Of a DNA stretch of 64,000 bases, positions 61,499 through 64,000 are shown in pieces. The notes under the pieces were generated by a model that was given only the letters and a program-made list of their open reading frames with translations, had not been told where the DNA came from and ran no database searches. The DNA is taken from NCBI GenBank assembly GCA_963768655.1, contig CAVYIM010000006.1, positions 246,895 through 310,894 of the forward strand, in the 5' to 3' direction. Position 1 is the stretch's first letter. The number at the start of each line of letters is the position of its first letter. Made by a program: the position numbers and the translations under genes. This stretch comes from an uncultured Chloroflexia bacterium. GTDB taxonomy: Bacteria > Chloroflexota > Limnocylindria > Limnocylindrales > CSP1-4.

Positions 61499-62761
61499 GT
61501 GGCGTTCTGGCGCAGAATCTGGGGCCGCGAGGAGGCAGTCGGCGCTGGCTGCCTGCACGGCGCTGGACATCGGCACCGAGTTCGTAAAGGCGCTCGTCTT
61601 CGACATCGACGAGACCGGGCTCGGCACCGTGCGGGGCGTCGGCCGCAAGCGCCAGGGCCTCGCCCACATGCAGTCCGGCACGGTGACGGACATCAACGCG
61701 GTCGTCGACAACTGCTCGACCGCGCTCCAGGAGGCCGAGGAGATGGCCGGCTTCCGGCCGACGCAGTGCGTCATCGGGATCGCCGGAGAGCTGGTCAAAG
61801 GCTTCACCACGACGCATCCCACGAACGCAAGCGCCCCGACGCCCCGATAACGGACGATCGAGCTGCAGAAGCTGATCGACGGCGTCCAGCATGATGCCCT
61901 GCGCGAGGCCGAGCGGGCGATCACCTGGGAAACAGGGCTGCCGCAGGTGGACGTGCGGCTGGTTCATGCTGCGGTCACCGGCGCCCAGATCGACGGCTAT
62001 CCGGTCACCAACCCGGTCGGGTTCAAGGGCCGCAACGTCAAGATCAGCGTCTTCAACGCCTTTGCGCCGCTCGTTCACCTGGGTGCCCTGCAGAGCGTCG
62101 CCGAGCAGCTCGACCTGGAGCTGCTCGAGGTCGTCGCCGAGCCGTACGCGGTAGCCCGTGTCCTGGCCAGCGAGCAGGTGCAGCAGTCCGGCGCGCTGTT
62201 CGTCGACATCGGCGGCGGCACGACGGACGTGGCCCTCGTCCGGCATGGCGGCATCGAGGGGACGCGCATGTTCGCGCTCGGCGGCCGGGCGTTCACCAAG
62301 TCGATCGCGGACCATCTGGACCTGCCCTTCCCGCGTGCCGAAGAGGTGAAGATCGACTACGCGCGAGGCATGCCGGTGGACCACCGCGCCGAGGTGGCCA
62401 GGTCGTGGCCGACGATGTCGCGATCTGGTCGGCCGGCGTGGAGCTGGTGCTCGAAGAGCTGGCCGAGGGCGACCTGCTGCCGGGTCGCGTCTACATGTGC
62501 GGCGGCGGCTCGCATCTGCCGGAGATCGAGCCGATCCTGCGCAGCGAGGAGTTCTGGAAGCGCTTGCCGTTCAGCCGGCCGCCCGAGGTCGTCGTGATGG
62601 CCCCGGGCCAGGTCGAGCGGATCAAGGACGGCACGAATCTGCTGGTCGACCAGCAGGACGTCACGCCGCTCGGCCTCGCCTACCAGGCGATCGAACTGCA
62701 GACCAACGAAGATCCGCTGGATGTCGCTTTGCGCCGGGTCCTGCGAGCGATGAAGATGTAG
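61499..62761 (+). CDS. FtsA-like actin-fold ATPase (several apparent frameshifts)
   Basis: ALDIGTEFVKA, VIGIAG, IDGYPVTNPVGFKG, AEPYA, VDIGGGTTD, GGRAFT and CGGGSHL motifs. Confidence 0.85.
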
Positions 62762-62765
62762 CGCC

Positions 62766-64000
62766 ATGGCGATCTACTACATCGACGTCGACGACGAGAT
62801 CGCGTCCGCGGCTGCACGAATCCGCGACGCTCGGCGACACGCGCATCGCCCTGGTGATGTCGGGCGGCTCGCGCCTGGCGACGTCGCGGATCAATTTCCG
62901 GCTGCTCGCCCGCGAGGCGCGCCATCGGGGCCGGCGCCTGGCGATCATCGCCGCCGACGCGACGGTGCGATCCCTGGCTCAGACGGCCGATCTGCCGGTC
63001 TTCGCCAGCGTTGCCGAGTACCAGAAGGCGGAAGCCGCGCGGCCGCCCGGCAATCAGCCAGGTGGTGCCGACGCCGTCGGCGACGCGCTCGACGAGCTGG
63101 CGGCTACGGTCGGGGCCGGAGAGGCGGACCGGACCGCCAGGCGTGCCGGCGGTGGGCCCGGTCGGACGACCGGCGGTGGGCGGCCCGCGGCGCGCACGGT
63201 CCGCCGGTTCAGTACCGGGGCCGGCGTTGGGTCGCCCTGGGGCTCGTCGCTGTTTCTCCTCGTCGGCGGCCTCGGCGCATTTCTGCTGCTGCCGAGCGCC
63301 ACCCGTCGTCCTGACGTTGAGAGAGGAGGCGGTCGGCCCCGTGAGCCTGGCGATCAGGGTCGATCCCGAAATCAGCGCTCCGAACGACGCCGTGCTGGCG
63401 GTTCCGGGCGTGGCCAAGGGGTTCGCCGTGCAGGCGAGCGGCACGTTCAACGCCACGGGCCAGAACGTCGTCGACACGGCCGCCACCGGCACGGTCACCT
63501 TTACCAGTGGGAACACGGGGAGCCCCGTGGTGATACCCGCCGGTACGCAGGTTGAGACCGCGGCCGGAGTTGCGTCGCGACGAACTCCACGATCACGGTG
63601 CCGAAGGCCGTGATCACCGGCGCGAACGCGTTACTCCGGCAACTGGCGACGTGGCCGTGACGGCGGTGAAGAAGGGCCTTTATTGGGGACGTCCCCGCCG
63701 GGGCCATCGTCAACGTACCGGCCTCCTTGGCGGCGGCGCTCGTCGTCGCCGACCAGGTGACCAACAAGAAGGCCACGTCGGGCGGCACTCACACCGTGAC
63801 GTCTTTCGTGCAGCAGTCCGATATCGCCGCCGCGGAAGCCAGTCTCACGGCACAGCTCGAGGAAATCGGCGGCGCAGGCCAAGATGGCCAATCCCCTCGT
63901 CTGTTGCGGCGGGAATGGAGTTGTTTCCCGCGACGGGCAGCCTGGGCGATCCCAGCTTCGCCCCTGACCCCGGCCACGCTCGTGAACCAGGGCCTGTTGA
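62766..64000 (+). CDS. Membrane-anchored baseplate J/gp47-like protein (frameshifted, runs off the window)
   Basis: N-terminal IYYIDVDDEI domain and TM helix, then ATGTVTF, VIPAGTQV, VAVTAVKKG, GDVPAGAI and VTNKKATSGG. Confidence 0.7.

Overview
GC-rich (roughly 70% by eye) bacterial chromosomal window made almost entirely of housekeeping genes on the + strand: rapZ-yvcK-whiA-tpiA-gpmI-secG, lemA-htpX, rpsF-ssb-rpsR, ilvE, ileS-lspA-rluD-gmk-priA-def-fmt-rlmN-rpe, dtd, rpmB/asp23-fakA-recG-rsmD-coaD-yceD, hisS, aspS, typA, iscS-mnmA and alaS, plus 8 tRNA genes. Gene order and protein style suggest Chloroflexota, probably Limnocylindria (inference, not a database result). I see no CRISPR array, integrase, transposase or prophage. 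The most notable items are: (1) an actin-fold FtsA-like gene coupled to a membrane-anchored baseplate-J-like gene after alaS, with no phage context visible; (2) two Flp pilin genes too short for the ORF track, with no tad locus; (3) a ~185-nt rod-like candidate ncRNA beside them; (4) a ~190-bp element bounded by inverted repeats after tRNA-Val; (5) two ECF sigma + Cys-rich membrane protein cassettes inserted into conserved gene orders; (6) IleRS with a GVHH motif; (7) tRNA-Leu(UAA) with C33; (8) apparent ATC and CTG start codons; (9) many apparently leaderless genes. Frameshifts in typA, alaS and all genes beyond ~60.6 kb look like consensus sequencing errors.
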